Of a stretch of 64,000 nucleotides of DNA, positions 41,029-52,143 are shown piece after piece. The position numbers were made by a program, and so were the translations under genes. Source of the DNA: Candidatus Latescibacterota bacterium. GTDB taxonomy: Bacteria; Latescibacterota; UBA2968; UBA8231. The first letter of the stretch is position 1. Each line of letters starts with the position of its first letter. The stretch is from NCBI GenBank assembly GCA_965208105.1, contig OZ242318.1:2144001-2208000 (forward strand), written 5' to 3'. The notes under the pieces are model-generated. The model ran no database searches. It saw nothing but the letters and a program-made list of their open reading frames with translations, and was not told the origin of the DNA.

Positions 41029-41895
41029 ATGCGCTACGCGATCCTGACCAACCCGGTGTCGGGTGCCATGACCGTCGACCAGAAACGCCGTGCCCTGGCG
41101 CCGGCCGCCGAGATTCTCGACGCGAGGATATATGGATTGGACTCCGGAAGGGCGGCTGAACTGATCCAATGCGCCCGTGAACTGGCCGACACCTGCGACG
41201 TGCTTGTCGCAGCCGGTGGAGACGGCACATTTTCCGACATCATCAATGCCATCGACACCTCGCGCACCCCGGTTGCCTACCTGCCCCTGGGCACCGGCAA
41301 CGCCCTGCACCATGCCTTCAGCTACAGGGGAAAGCTGGCGGATATCGCGGCGCGGATCAGGCGAGCGCAGGTCCGCGCCTACGACCTGATCGACTGTGAC
41401 GGAAAAAAGCGCGCCGTCATGGCCTCCACGGGAATTGACGCGACCATAATCAGGCTTCGCGATGCCTACCGCATGCGTGGAATCTCCGGGTTCAGCGCCT
41501 ACCTGCGCGGAACTCTCGCTGCATACTTCAGGGAATACGAGCGGGTCCGCGCCGAAGTCGTGGTGGACGGGGTTGCCTTCGAGGTCCGCAATCTATTGAG
41601 CCTGATGGTCGTGAAGCAGCCGTTCTTCGGCTTCGGCATGAAGGTGGTTCCCAATGCGCGATTCGACGGAGGGCAGTTGCATGTTCTCTGGATCAATTCC
41701 GGACTGTTGAAATTCGCCCTGGGCGGATTGGCCGCATTCACCATCGGCAATCGGGTTGGCATCTATCGCCCATGCCGGCATGTGGAGGTAAGGTTGGAAC
41801 GGCCACTGGCGCTGCAGATCGACGGCGACTCTGCCTGGGAAGCGAGTGCCTTCAACTTCACCGTCATGCCGGGGGCACTGCGGATCAAGTGTTGA
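41029..41895 (+). CDS. Diacylglycerol kinase-family lipid kinase
   Basis: NPVSG, AAGGDGT, PLGTGN, QIDGD. Confidence 0.9.
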   Translation: MRYAILTNPVSGAMTVDQKRRALAPAAEILDARIYGLDSGRAAELIQCARELADTCDVLVAAGGDGTFSDIINAIDTSRTPVAYLPLGTGNALHHAFSYRGKLADIAARIRRAQVRAYDLIDCDGKKRAVMASTGIDATIIRLRDAYRMRGISGFSAYLRGTLAAYFREYERVRAEVVVDGVAFEVRNLLSLMVVKQPFFGFGMKVVPNARFDGGQLHVLWINSGLLKFALGGLAAFTIGNRVGIYRPCRHVEVRLERPLALQIDGDSAWEASAFNFTVMPGALRIKC

Positions 41896-42103
41896 GAATG
41901 TTCATGGATCGAGGCGATTGACTGGAAGCCAATTTTTCAAATCGCCTTGACCACAACCTTCCATTGACCTACCATGTCTGACCGAACGCGGGCAAGGAGG
42001 GACCGGGCAACCATATCGGCGTGGCCTCTGTGACCCCGCGGTTGAACTCGGCCCGGAACACCAATTATTCCAGTTATTCCAGAAGTCTCGATCCCGGACT
42101 CAC

Positions 42104-43345
42104 ATGACCACCTCAGACCACAGTTCGAGCAGCGGCCACCCCGATACGGAAAGTCCTCTGAGTGTCTCCGAGGTCACCTCCCGGATAAAAGAGGTCCTGG
42201 AGGATTCTCTGCCAATGTGCTGGGTGGCCGGCGAGATCTCCGACTTCAAGCATCACTCTTCCGGGCACCGCTACTTTACCCTCGTCGACGAGGCCAGCCA
42301 GCTCAGCTGCGTAATGTTCAAGTGGCAGGCGCGCAAGCTCTCCTTCTCACCCGAGCCGGGGATCAAGGTCATGGTCCACGGCCATATCTCCGTCTACGAG
42401 CGCGGCGGCAGGTACCAATTCTACGCCGCAAAGCTGCAGCCTGCAGGCATCGGCGCCCAGGCTCTGGCTTTCGAGCAGCTCAGGAAACGCCTCGAGCGGG
42501 AGGGCCTGTTCGCGCAGGAGCGCAAGCGCTCACTTCCACCCTTCCCCCAGGCCATCGGAATCATCACCTCGCCCACGGGCGCCGCCATCCGCGACATAAT
42601 CCAGATCCTGGGCCGCCGTGCTCCGGGCATACAACTCATCCTGCGGCCGACCCGGGTGCAGGGCCCTGACGCAGCGGCAGACATCGCCCGGGGAATAGCC
42701 GATCTCAACCTGCACGGCGGCGCCGATTTGTTGATCGTCGGACGGGGGGGCGGCGCCGCGGAAGATCTTTGGCCCTTCAACGAGGAGGCGGTTGCTCGCG
42801 CAATCTACCATTCAACCCTGCCGGTCGTCTCCGCGGTGGGCCACGAAATCGACTACAGCATCGCCGACTACGTCGCTGACCACCGCGCTCCCACCCCTTC
42901 GGCAGCGGCAGAGATCGTGGCGCAGGAACGCGGGGACCTGCTGCGGCGAGTGTTCGAACAGCGGCAACGGATGCGGCGCGCCATGCTCAACAGGCTGAAC
43001 ACCTGCAACCAGCATCTGCAGAACCTGAGGCCCGAGCGTCTCTTCAGACGCCTGGGTGATCGGCTCGACCAGAGGGGCCAGTACGTGGACGAACGCCGCA
43101 ACGCCCTGGCCAAGGCCTTCGATTGGCAGCTGCGCACCAGGGTGGAGTCCCTGCGCCGGGCTTCCCTGCGCCTGGAGGCCCTGAGTCCTTTGGGCGGACT
43201 TGCACGCGGCTTCTCCCTGTGCGAGCGCATGGAGGACGGCCGCCTGGTTCGCAGCAGCAAAAATCTGAACGCGGGAGACAAGTTGAGGTTGCGTTTCCAC
43301 CACGGAGGCGCCATCTGCAGCGCCGAGGAGATCATCGATGAGTGA
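42104..43345 (+). CDS. xseA: Exodeoxyribonuclease VII large subunit
   Basis: SGHRYFTL, GRGGG, SAVGHE, RAPTPSAAAE. Confidence 0.97.
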   Translation: MTTSDHSSSSGHPDTESPLSVSEVTSRIKEVLEDSLPMCWVAGEISDFKHHSSGHRYFTLVDEASQLSCVMFKWQARKLSFSPEPGIKVMVHGHISVYERGGRYQFYAAKLQPAGIGAQALAFEQLRKRLEREGLFAQERKRSLPPFPQAIGIITSPTGAAIRDIIQILGRRAPGIQLILRPTRVQGPDAAADIARGIADLNLHGGADLLIVGRGGGAAEDLWPFNEEAVARAIYHSTLPVVSAVGHEIDYSIADYVADHRAPTPSAAAEIVAQERGDLLRRVFEQRQRMRRAMLNRLNTCNQHLQNLRPERLFRRLGDRLDQRGQYVDERRNALAKAFDWQLRTRVESLRRASLRLEALSPLGGLARGFSLCERMEDGRLVRSSKNLNAGDKLRLRFHHGGAICSAEEIIDE

Positions 43346-43583
43346 ACCAGCTTCCTTCGAAGAAGCCCTCGAACTACTCGAGGACAGCGTCGAGCGCCTG
43401 GAAAGCGGCGACCTCAAGCTCGAGGAGGCGCTGGAGGTATTCGAGCAGGGCATCGCCGCCGCGCGCGCCGGCGCCAAGTGGCTGGACAAGACCCGCAAAC
43501 GCGTCCAGGTTCTCGCCACCGACGAGTTTGGCGACTTCCAGCTTTCCTTCCTCGACGAAGAAGGCGGCGAAGGCGAGGACTGA
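43338..43583 (+). CDS. xseB: Exodeoxyribonuclease VII small subunit
   Basis: SFEEALELLE..LESG.L.LEEAL. Confidence 0.93.
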   Translation: MSEPASFEEALELLEDSVERLESGDLKLEEALEVFEQGIAAARAGAKWLDKTRKRVQVLATDEFGDFQLSFLDEEGGEGED

Positions 43584-43702
43584 CCCACCGGTCCCCCAAT
43601 TTTCCAAACCATGCCCGTCCGGACTTGCACCCTGCCCCGGTGAGACCGGCACTCATCCGAAGACCCCTGGGCCTCAGGTCGCAGGACAGAGGAGTTTAAT
43701 CG

Positions 43703-44275
43703 GTGCTGGCCAACCTCTTTTCCATATTGCGCATAGTCCTGGTTCCCTTCCTTCTTTACAGCCTGAGGCATGACGGGGCGACAGTCTCCGCGGCCACCGT
43801 CACCCTGATCCTCCTGGCCGCATTCACCGACTTTGCGGACGGCTACGTTGCGCGGCGCTTGCACCAGGTTTCCCAACTTGGCCGGATCCTCGACCCGGTG
43901 GCCGACAAGATATTCCTCGCCGCTGTGGTGGCCGCCCTGGTCGCCTGGCGCGACTTCCCCCCCTGGCTCCTTGCCATGTTGGTGATCAGGGATGCGGGAA
44001 TCCTCCTGGCCGGGCTCTTCATTCTGCGCTCGCGCAAGCAGGTCATCCCGGCCAACAGATCCGGCAAGTACACCACTGCCTGCATGTTCGCTGCCATCCT
44101 GGGTCATATTGTGGGAGTACCTGCAGCTGCCAGGGAGGTTCTGAACGGCGCAGCGGCCTTGCTTCTCCTTGGCTCGAGCCTGAGCTACGTCTCTACTCTG
44201 CGCCGGATCCTCGCAACCGCCCCGGTGGAAAGGCCGGCGGAGGAAGAGAGTGCGGGCAAACGAAAAGCCGGGTGA
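43703..44275 (+). CDS. CDP-alcohol phosphatidyltransferase (PgsA-like)
   Basis: TDFADGYVARR...GRILDPVADK. Confidence 0.9.
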   Translation: MLANLFSILRIVLVPFLLYSLRHDGATVSAATVTLILLAAFTDFADGYVARRLHQVSQLGRILDPVADKIFLAAVVAALVAWRDFPPWLLAMLVIRDAGILLAGLFILRSRKQVIPANRSGKYTTACMFAAILGHIVGVPAAAREVLNGAAALLLLGSSLSYVSTLRRILATAPVERPAEEESAGKRKAG

Positions 44276-44301
44276 TACCGGTCGGGCATCACTCCATCCT
44301 A

Positions 44302-45015
44302 CTACCGGCGCCTCAGCTCCTGAAGCCGGACAGAGAAATCGTGACCGTACCGTGAGTTCGTCCCGAAGCGGTCGAGGTAGTCCCTCAACACCCCCCCTTC
44401 CCCTTCTTCGTCCTCGAGGTTCCTGTAGGTCATGGCCAGGTTGACATAGGCCTCGGGAAAATCGGCCTCGATCGCAATCGCCTGCTGGTAGAGCCCAAGG
44501 GCCTTTTCCAGCTCATTTCGCTCCTTGTAGACCTGACCCAGGTTGTTGTATGCCTCGACAAACTCCGGGTCGAGGTCGATGGCCTTCCTGTAGGCCGCCT
44601 CCGCTTCATCCAGCTCACCAGTCTTCTTGTAGATGAACCCCAGATTGTTGTGCGCCCTGGCGTCGTCTCCGCGGTAGCGCACGACCTGCTTGTAGCCATC
44701 AATGGCCCCGGCCGTATTCCCCTCGGCGTAGTGAATCTGCGCCAGATGGAAATGAGCTTCGGGAAAGGCATGGCGCAGGGCAATACTGCGCTCGTAGGCG
44801 CTTCGGGCCGAATCGAGCAGGCCGTACTCGTGATAGATCCGGGCAAGCTGGAAGTTGGCGACAGGATCGGGTCGGACCTCTATCTGGCGGTAGTATTCCC
44901 TGGTTTCCTCCTCCATCCGGGCATGCACCTGGTCCACGGGTTTCTCCTCCTCGCCGCAGCCAAGGGCGAGGCCGGCGACCAACCCGCCGCAGGCAATGAA
45001 TCTGGATGGAAGCAT
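44302..45015 (-). CDS. TPR lipoprotein
   Basis: LALGC lipobox; repeated A.NNLG..Y TPR motifs. Confidence 0.85.
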   Translation of the reverse strand: MLPSRFIACGGLVAGLALGCGEEEKPVDQVHARMEEETREYYRQIEVRPDPVANFQLARIYHEYGLLDSARSAYERSIALRHAFPEAHFHLAQIHYAEGNTAGAIDGYKQVVRYRGDDARAHNNLGFIYKKTGELDEAEAAYRKAIDLDPEFVEAYNNLGQVYKERNELEKALGLYQQAIAIEADFPEAYVNLAMTYRNLEDEEGEGGVLRDYLDRFGTNSRYGHDFSVRLQELRRR

Positions 45016-45157
45016 GGAGTCTCTCAATCCGACCGGTTAAACCAGAGGCAGCATGCCGGCGCCGGGGGCGGCAACCAGCTTCGGACATGGACGAGGATGA
45101 CCTCCGGGACCTTCAGGAGCAAGGAGAATGGGTGCGAGCTCATCCTCTCCCATTTCC

Positions 45158-48100
45158 TCAGATGCTGAAGCCGAAGTAGTAGCGCCATTTGTCTATGAGG
45201 GGCTCGTCCGGATCGCGCGGAACCCGATCGCGATTTAGAGGATGGGCAACCTGGATGAACGCGTGCATGGGAACCCGGTAGAAGGTGAAGAGCTGCACCC
45301 GCAACTCCGCACCCACGTCGGAGAGGAAATCCTCGGTCCCCAGAGCGCCGATATCGAAACCGCCTGAATTGCCCACCGCGCCGGCCTCGGCGAAGATCTC
45401 CCCGTAGAGCTTGGAGAAGGAGAAATTGAAGAAGCGGGTATTGAGGCGCTGGATCAACGGAAACTTGTAGCCGATGCGAGTGTAGAGCAACTTTGATCCC
45501 CAGGCGGTAAAGTAGGGATAGCCGCTGAGGAAGTCTCTGCCGCCCAGGTAGTAGCGCAATGGCCAGTAGAAGCGGCCTTCGAAAAAGCCCCCATCCGGGT
45601 CGAACCGGGGCTTGAGCTCTATGTTGCGATAGGCTCCCAGGACTTCCAGGGAAAGGGTGTTGTCGAATGGAAGGCCGATATGCTCGCCATAGTAGCCGAC
45701 GTACTCATTGACCCTCAGGCGCCGCTTTGCCGGTGCGTACATGTCGCGGGGAACCCCGTCGGTGGAAGTGCGTTGTGCCAGGGAATCCGCGAGTGTCGGC
45801 ATGCGGTAGCGGTAGAGCAGGGAGAGCACGCGCCCGTTGGGATTGATGCTCCGGTCCGCCGTTGGCTGCCACTTGCTGTACTGCCAGCCGAAACTCAACT
45901 CGTGGGTGTCGTAGTAATCCAGGTCATCGTAGTAGATCTGGGGGTCCGAGGCGCTCACCAGCATGGTGTCGGCCGGGACCACGCAGAATCCCGACGGGCA
46001 GCGTGCGACCAGAACGTTCTCGGCCGTCTGATACAAAGTATCGACACTGACCGCTTCGGCCGGCAGGTTGGCGCTGATGTCGCGCCCGTTCTGGACGACG
46101 AATACCTTCTGCCGCAGGCGATACTCCCTGAGCTTCCAGTTCTCGTCATAGTTGCGGTACATGTACTGGAAGGAAAAATTCTGTCGCCGCGTGAGGGGCA
46201 TGTCGATCCCCGCCGCCGCTATCTTGTAGACGTCCTTGAAAAGGTCGGCGCGGCTGTCGACCCGCACCACGTGCTGTTGCACCTCCCCGGGGATCAGCAA
46301 GGCGTTCTCCCTGTCGACCATTACGGGATATATTTCGTCCCCCTCCAGGGTATCAGCCGTGGTCGTCTGCCCTTTGAGAAGATTGTCGATTTCCAGGCGC
46401 CTGAAGTACCCGTAAAAGGAGGGATTGAAGGTGCGGTTGTTGCCCACCATGGGCCGCAGCCGGCGCTCGGCGAAGAGAACGAAATCGGTGTTGAAGTCGG
46501 TGTCTTCGCGCAGGTTCTTTCCCGCGGTGCCCCGCAGCACGAGCCGCTGGCCTCCAAGCATCTCCTCGGTGGAAAGCCACAATCCGCCGTTGACCTGGTT
46601 GAGGCCGAAGCTGTCGCCTATGAGGGTGGGTCCGACGCTGAGGAGGGGGATGGCGAGCAGACTCTTGCGGCCCCTGTAGGCCTGGATGTCGAACTCCTCG
46701 GAGAGCTTGGCTCCCCGGAACACGGACTGGTAGTCCCGCAATGCCACCTGTTCGATCTGGGCATCCCGGCGAAAAACCCCGCGCTCGAACTCGTAGAGGC
46801 TGTGGTCCGAAGTGTGATATCCGACGTAGGCCACTCTTCCCGAGGGAGACACCGTCGGAGAAAAGGCCCCACCCAGGACGTTTGTGAGCTGCTCCACTTC
46901 GCCGTTTTCCAGGAGATACTGGTAGAGGTTGAAGATACCGCTCCGGTCGGACGCAAAGACGAACCCGCTGCCGTCGGGCAGCCAGCAGGGGTCGCGCTCG
47001 TCGGCGCGCGATGCCACCAGCGGTCTGAACCCTGAGGTATCGGGGTGGGGAAAGGCGAGGCTGTCGGGAAAAACCACCAGGGTGTCCGCCTCTGCCGACA
47101 GAGTGCCGTCCGCAGAAGGCTTCCTGCGGACCCACTTGCGGTCCTTCTCCTTCTTGGAGCGATCGCGGAGGCCATAGTGCTTGAGCCGCGGCGGACTGTC
47201 GGACCGCATCAGGGCGATGTCGCGGTCTTCGCCGCGAAAGATGCTGAAGAGAATCCAATCCCCGTCCGGCGAAAACCGCGGGGCACTGTACAAGGTGGCG
47301 TCGTTGTTGTTGGTCAGGTGGGTCAGACCGGTGCCGTCGCGATTGATCATGGCCAGGTTGTTGGTGCCGTCCTTGATCCGCACGAATACGATGCGCTCGC
47401 CGTCCGGTGAAAAATGGGGATCCTTGGCGCGCAGATTGGCGCTGATCCGGCGCTCCTTCTCGGTATCGAGATGGTAGACGTACAGGTCGTTGAACCCGTT
47501 CTTGTTGCGCACGAAGAGGATCTCTTCGCCGTCCGGCGACCAGGCCACCCTCGTGCTCACATATCCATCCAGTTCCTTCTTCTCACCGGTCTCGAAATCG
47601 TAGATCTTGAGCCGGGGTATGGCGAAATCCCTGTTTTCGCTGGTGATATAGGCCAGCTTGCTGCCGTCGGGTGAGTAGGAGGGGTAGAACTCCAGGACGC
47701 CCTCGTTGAGCTCTTCGAGGGAATCGCCTTCGAACAAGGACTGGCTTCGGACCTCCGCCGCCTGCTGTCCGTAGCGCTCCTCCAGAAAGCGCACCCAGTC
47801 GTCGTGGAGCTGGTCAGCCGAAATCCCCAGCACCTTGCGAATGGCCGGGTCAAAGCTCAGGTTGCCGCTGTTGTGCGTCAGCTCCTCCACCTTTTCGGAT
47901 CCATATTGCTCATGGATGTAGAGCAGCAGCGCATATCCCTGGTTGTAGATCATTTCGGCGTAATAGCCTCCGGGCCGATTGCCGAAGGCGCCCAGTTCGG
48001 CGTAGGAGTGCAGATCGTCCTCGAGCACGGCCATGCGCAGCAGCATGTCCCGGTGGGTGTCCCAATCGTCAAAGCCGAATTGATGGGTGGCGTACTGGGC

Positions 48101-48613
48101 CACCCCTTCGACCCACCAGGTGGGAGTATTGAGGTGATAGAGCGGAAAATTGAAACTGACGTCCGGGTTGGAGTCGTAGCGCGACACCGAGAACATGGCG
48201 AACATGAAGGGCCACTTCTTGCGCGCCTTGTTGAGGGTCATGATGTGCGTCAACTCATGGGTCAATACGTTTTTGATCCAGTCGTGACTGCCGCGCAGAT
48301 CAATGTCGAGGGGGGTTGCCCAGATTATGATGAGGTTGCTGTAGTAATCGGCCAGTCCGTTGCCCAGCAGGTCGGAACTGTCGAGCACCAGGACGTGGAT
48401 GAGGGAGAAATCGTCGTAGTACTCGTAGGACGCAGCCAGGGAGGGGAACACTTCTTCGGCCACGTCTGCCACCCTGCGGGCAGTGCCCTCGGCGCCGCCG
48501 GTGTAGTGGATGCGAAAGTGGTCGGTGACGATGGTTTGCACCTGGGCTTGGGCCAGGCCCCAGGAAAAAGCGACAATCAGTATCGCACTCGGAACAATCG
48601 ATTTGAATCGCAA
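45158..48613 (-). CDS. Secreted protein with HEXXH peptidase-like domain, PD40/TolB propeller and C-terminal beta-barrel
   Basis: THELTH, WWVEGVA, several SPDG repeats, C-terminal YYFGFSI; TTG start with GGAAAGGA RBS. Confidence 0.8.
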   Translation of the reverse strand: MRFKSIVPSAILIVAFSWGLAQAQVQTIVTDHFRIHYTGGAEGTARRVADVAEEVFPSLAASYEYYDDFSLIHVLVLDSSDLLGNGLADYYSNLIIIWATPLDIDLRGSHDWIKNVLTHELTHIMTLNKARKKWPFMFAMFSVSRYDSNPDVSFNFPLYHLNTPTWWVEGVAQYATHQFGFDDWDTHRDMLLRMAVLEDDLHSYAELGAFGNRPGGYYAEMIYNQGYALLLYIHEQYGSEKVEELTHNSGNLSFDPAIRKVLGISADQLHDDWVRFLEERYGQQAAEVRSQSLFEGDSLEELNEGVLEFYPSYSPDGSKLAYITSENRDFAIPRLKIYDFETGEKKELDGYVSTRVAWSPDGEEILFVRNKNGFNDLYVYHLDTEKERRISANLRAKDPHFSPDGERIVFVRIKDGTNNLAMINRDGTGLTHLTNNNDATLYSAPRFSPDGDWILFSIFRGEDRDIALMRSDSPPRLKHYGLRDRSKKEKDRKWVRRKPSADGTLSAEADTLVVFPDSLAFPHPDTSGFRPLVASRADERDPCWLPDGSGFVFASDRSGIFNLYQYLLENGEVEQLTNVLGGAFSPTVSPSGRVAYVGYHTSDHSLYEFERGVFRRDAQIEQVALRDYQSVFRGAKLSEEFDIQAYRGRKSLLAIPLLSVGPTLIGDSFGLNQVNGGLWLSTEEMLGGQRLVLRGTAGKNLREDTDFNTDFVLFAERRLRPMVGNNRTFNPSFYGYFRRLEIDNLLKGQTTTADTLEGDEIYPVMVDRENALLIPGEVQQHVVRVDSRADLFKDVYKIAAAGIDMPLTRRQNFSFQYMYRNYDENWKLREYRLRQKVFVVQNGRDISANLPAEAVSVDTLYQTAENVLVARCPSGFCVVPADTMLVSASDPQIYYDDLDYYDTHELSFGWQYSKWQPTADRSINPNGRVLSLLYRYRMPTLADSLAQRTSTDGVPRDMYAPAKRRLRVNEYVGYYGEHIGLPFDNTLSLEVLGAYRNIELKPRFDPDGGFFEGRFYWPLRYYLGGRDFLSGYPYFTAWGSKLLYTRIGYKFPLIQRLNTRFFNFSFSKLYGEIFAEAGAVGNSGGFDIGALGTEDFLSDVGAELRVQLFTFYRVPMHAFIQVAHPLNRDRVPRDPDEPLIDKWRYYFGFSI

Positions 48614-48900
48614 CGTAGATTTTCCTTTCCGATAACAGGGAAGAAGACACCGGGCAGTGCCTCCCGGCCACAGAATTCGTGTCGATCTCCCTTTTTTCAG
48701 ATCGACGAGATGGGAATATATCAAAAGAAATGGTTCTGCCCTGGCAGACCTCCTTCGATCAGGGCTGACCTTCGTTCTTCTGGTTTGTGCCCACCCCGGT
48801 TCGTATATTCAATAAATCAAATTGCGTCTATAAATCAAATGGGGTTCCCCCGGGAATCCGGTTCAGAAGGTTGGACGGCCCTCAACAGCTCTGCCCAGAC

Positions 48901-49974
48901 ATGGACCCAATCTTCGCACTTCCCCTCCTGGCCATCGTCGCACTGCTCATCACCGCACTCACCATTCCCCCCATTAAACGCCTTGCCTGGCATTTCGATC
49001 TGGTGGACCATCCCCAGGGGGGCCCTCACAAGTCCCACCCTCGCCCCATAGCCTACGGAGGCCTGGCCATTCTCCTTGGATTGTGCCCGGCCCTCGTCCT
49101 GGCCCCGATTACCGGCCCTTTTTGGATTCTGCTGGCCTGCGCCGCCGCTCTCTTCTGCGTGGGTCTGGTCGACGATTGGCGCGGCCTGGCGCCGCTGACG
49201 CGCTTCCTCCTTCAGATCGCGGTCAGCGCCTTCCTGGTGCTGACCGCGCCCGAATTTCGCCTCGCGTTCCTCGCCGGCCATCCCTCCCTGGCGGCGGCCC
49301 TCACCATTTTATGGATCGTGGCCTTGACCAATGCCTTCAACTTCCTCGACAATATGGACGGGCTTGCCGCCGGGCTCGCCGCCATCGTCCTCCTCCTCCT
49401 GGCACTGATGGGTCTGACTGCGGGCTCGATTCCCGCCGCTGCCCTGGCCCTGGCTCTGGCCGGAGCCTGCGCCGGATTCCTGGTCCACAATTTCTTCCCC
49501 GCCAGAATCTTCATGGGTGACGGGGGCGCCTTCTTCCTGGGGTTCGCCACCGGCGCGCTCAGCGCCTTCCTGAGCAGCCAATGCCATTCGGCCGCTTCTC
49601 CAGCGGAGCTCCCACTGCGTTGGGCACCCCTGCTGCTGCTGGCCGTGCCGCTCTACGACTTCCTGTCGGTAATCGCCATCCGCCTCAGAAACGCCAACCC
49701 CCCCTGGGTGGGAGACACCAATCACATCAGCCACCGCCTGGTCCGCCTGGGCTGGTCGCCCCGCCAGGCCGTGCTGACCCTCTATCTCCTGACCCTGCTG
49801 ACCGGCCTTCCCGGCCTCTTCGTGCCGGGCAGCAGCCCGCGGACGGCCTGGATCCTGCTCCTGCTCGTGCCTGCCTTCGTCTTCATCCTGGCCGCTATCG
49901 ACTTTACCGCCGCCCGCCGTCCAGGTCCTTCCTGCCCCGCGGATCAGCGGAAGGCCGAGATCGAGTCCGCATGA
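48901..49974 (+). CDS. MraY/WecA-family glycosyltransferase
   Basis: GLVDD, NAFNFLDNMDGL, IFMGDGG, HISHRL. Confidence 0.92.
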   Translation: MDPIFALPLLAIVALLITALTIPPIKRLAWHFDLVDHPQGGPHKSHPRPIAYGGLAILLGLCPALVLAPITGPFWILLACAAALFCVGLVDDWRGLAPLTRFLLQIAVSAFLVLTAPEFRLAFLAGHPSLAAALTILWIVALTNAFNFLDNMDGLAAGLAAIVLLLLALMGLTAGSIPAAALALALAGACAGFLVHNFFPARIFMGDGGAFFLGFATGALSAFLSSQCHSAASPAELPLRWAPLLLLAVPLYDFLSVIAIRLRNANPPWVGDTNHISHRLVRLGWSPRQAVLTLYLLTLLTGLPGLFVPGSSPRTAWILLLLVPAFVFILAAIDFTAARRPGPSCPADQRKAEIESA

Positions 49975-50624
49975 CGGATGTAACTCGGCTGGGCGGAGGT
50001 TACGCCGAATCCCGACCCGACCCCCTGCCCACAGTCGAGGCCGTGCTGCGGGCTGCCCGGCCTGGCTCTCCGGCGGCCCGGCTCGCAGTCCTCTGCGGTC
50101 CACCGGGGGTGGGCAAGAGCGCAGCGGCCGCCCGCCTGAGCGCGCTGGTTCCCAACTCCATGTTGATTGAAAAGGACGCCACCGCCGCCGGCTTCATCCT
50201 CGCGGCCGCCGGCTCCGAGGGGGTCTCCACCAGCCAGGCCTACGGCACCGCCCGCTACTGGTCGACCCTGCGGCCGCTGGAATATGCCGGGCCCACCGCC
50301 CTGGCCTGCGCCAACCTGGAGGGCACGCGCCTGGTCCTCCTGGTGGGAGGATGGGGACCCGAGCTCGCCGTTCCCCGCCTGTGGACGGGCCTGCTGAGCC
50401 AAATCGCCCCCTCCCTCCTGAGCGTCATCCACCTCGATCCTCCCCCGTTGGACGCATGGCGATCGCGAATGGTTGCCCGCGGCTCGCGCGGCGACTCTCC
50501 GTGGTTCGAGGATTTCGCCGCAGCGGTAACCTCCCACCCCGTCTGGGAGGGGGCATTCCGAATCGGCACGGACCGCCCCCTCGAAGCCGTGGTCCAGCAC
50601 ATTCTCCTCGCTCTGGATCGCTGA
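49971..50624 (+). CDS. P-loop NTPase / kinase-like protein
   Basis: GPPGVGKS Walker A; ATG overlaps the upstream stop. Confidence 0.75.
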   Translation: MTDVTRLGGGYAESRPDPLPTVEAVLRAARPGSPAARLAVLCGPPGVGKSAAAARLSALVPNSMLIEKDATAAGFILAAAGSEGVSTSQAYGTARYWSTLRPLEYAGPTALACANLEGTRLVLLVGGWGPELAVPRLWTGLLSQIAPSLLSVIHLDPPPLDAWRSRMVARGSRGDSPWFEDFAAAVTSHPVWEGAFRIGTDRPLEAVVQHILLALDR

Positions 50625-50787
50625 TATCCGAAAATCCTCCCCTTCGAGGGGCCGTTTCCAACCCGTTTCCTGCCACCTTTCCCAGCGGGAACAGAGGCAA
50701 TCTTTCCTTGACAAAATACCCCTTAAATCAGTTCTTTTAAGTTTGCCCTTTTTGTCGCTTTTACGTCTTTTCGGACTTTTGGCCTGT

Positions 50788-52047
50788 ATGTACATAGTCC
50801 ACAGCATCTCGGGTTATTTCGCCCTCCTCGCCATTACCTGGCTGGTAGGAAAGCGCTCGCGCCGGATCCCGTGGAAGCTCGTTGCCAGCGCCACCCTCCT
50901 GCAGGTCGCCCTCGCCGGGGCCCTCCTGCAACCCGGCATACGGACTCCGATCTTCGGCCTGGTCAAAACCTTGACCGACCTGCTGAAAACCACCGCCCTC
51001 CAGGCCAACGAATCCCTGCTCTTCGGCGGCATCACCAGTGCCGGCTTCACCCGGGCCTACGGTCCCGTCATTGCCCTCGAGATAGCCGCCATCCTGATCT
51101 TCGTGGCCTCCCTGTCGCGCATTCTCTACCACTATCGCGTCCTCCCCTGGGTCATCTCCCAGCTCAGCCGGTTCATGCAGCGCGTTCTGGGCATCTCCTC
51201 GGCCGAGAGTATAGGCGTGGCCGCCAATATCTTCCTGGGCATGACCGAGGCCCCCCTGCTCATCCGTCCCTACGTCGCCCGCCTGACCGAGAGCGAGCTT
51301 TTCTGCCTGATGGTGGCCGGCATGGCGACCATTGCTGGCACCGTCATGGTCATCTACGCCACGCTGCTGGGCACGGCCCATCCCGATATCGCCGGCCACC
51401 TTTTCACCGCCTCGCTGATCAGCGCTCCGGCTGCCATTGCCGTGGCCAAGCTCATGATTCCCGAGACGGAGAAAGCTGAAACGGCGCAGGCACAGGCGGA
51501 GTTGCCGCGGCGGGACACCATCAACGGACTCGACGCTGCTGCGCGGGGGGCCTCCGAGGGCATGCGTCTGGTGCTCAACATCGTCGCCATGCTCATCGCC
51601 TTCATCGGGCTCATCGCCCTGGTCAACCACGTGGTCGGCTGGGCGGATGGCTGGATCAACGGCGCCGCGGCCGGGTCCTGGAGCCTGCAGGCCTCCGCCG
51701 GGCACCTCTTCAGGCCCTTCGTCTGGCTCATGGGGATCCCCTGGCAGCAGACGCTCCTGGTGGGCGAGTTGATGGGGTTGAAGACCATTCTCAACGAATT
51801 TGTCGCCTACGTCGAACTCGCGCGCCACATGGAAGGACCGCAGGCGCTCGGCGAGCGCTCTTTCATCATCACCTCCTACGCCCTGTGCGGCTTCGCCAAT
51901 TTCGGCTCAGTCGCCATAATGATCGGGGGCATAGGCGGAATTGCGCCGGACCGCCGCGGCGACCTGGCTCGGCTGGGACTGCGATCTCTGATCGCCGGCG
52001 TACTGGCCACCATGCTGACGGGCTGCGTCATTGGAATTTATGTATAG
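50788..52047 (+). CDS. nupC: NupC/CNT-family nucleoside transporter
   Basis: NIFLGMTEAP, MATIAG, NEFVAY, CGFANFGS. Confidence 0.93.
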   Translation: MYIVHSISGYFALLAITWLVGKRSRRIPWKLVASATLLQVALAGALLQPGIRTPIFGLVKTLTDLLKTTALQANESLLFGGITSAGFTRAYGPVIALEIAAILIFVASLSRILYHYRVLPWVISQLSRFMQRVLGISSAESIGVAANIFLGMTEAPLLIRPYVARLTESELFCLMVAGMATIAGTVMVIYATLLGTAHPDIAGHLFTASLISAPAAIAVAKLMIPETEKAETAQAQAELPRRDTINGLDAAARGASEGMRLVLNIVAMLIAFIGLIALVNHVVGWADGWINGAAAGSWSLQASAGHLFRPFVWLMGIPWQQTLLVGELMGLKTILNEFVAYVELARHMEGPQALGERSFIITSYALCGFANFGSVAIMIGGIGGIAPDRRGDLARLGLRSLIAGVLATMLTGCVIGIYV

Positions 52048-52143
52048 ATCGAAGAAGAGTAGACGGGAACGTTCTGGTCCCCCGAGCGTCTAAAACTGAT
52101 GGATTAATCCACTTGAATCTCTGACAGAACTGCGAAAGCCAGA

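Noticed and set aside
42812-44107. Long antisense ORFs, here and at 45680-47035, 47804-49051, 50761-51828 and elsewhere
   Set aside because: Shadow frames of well-supported genes in GC-rich DNA.
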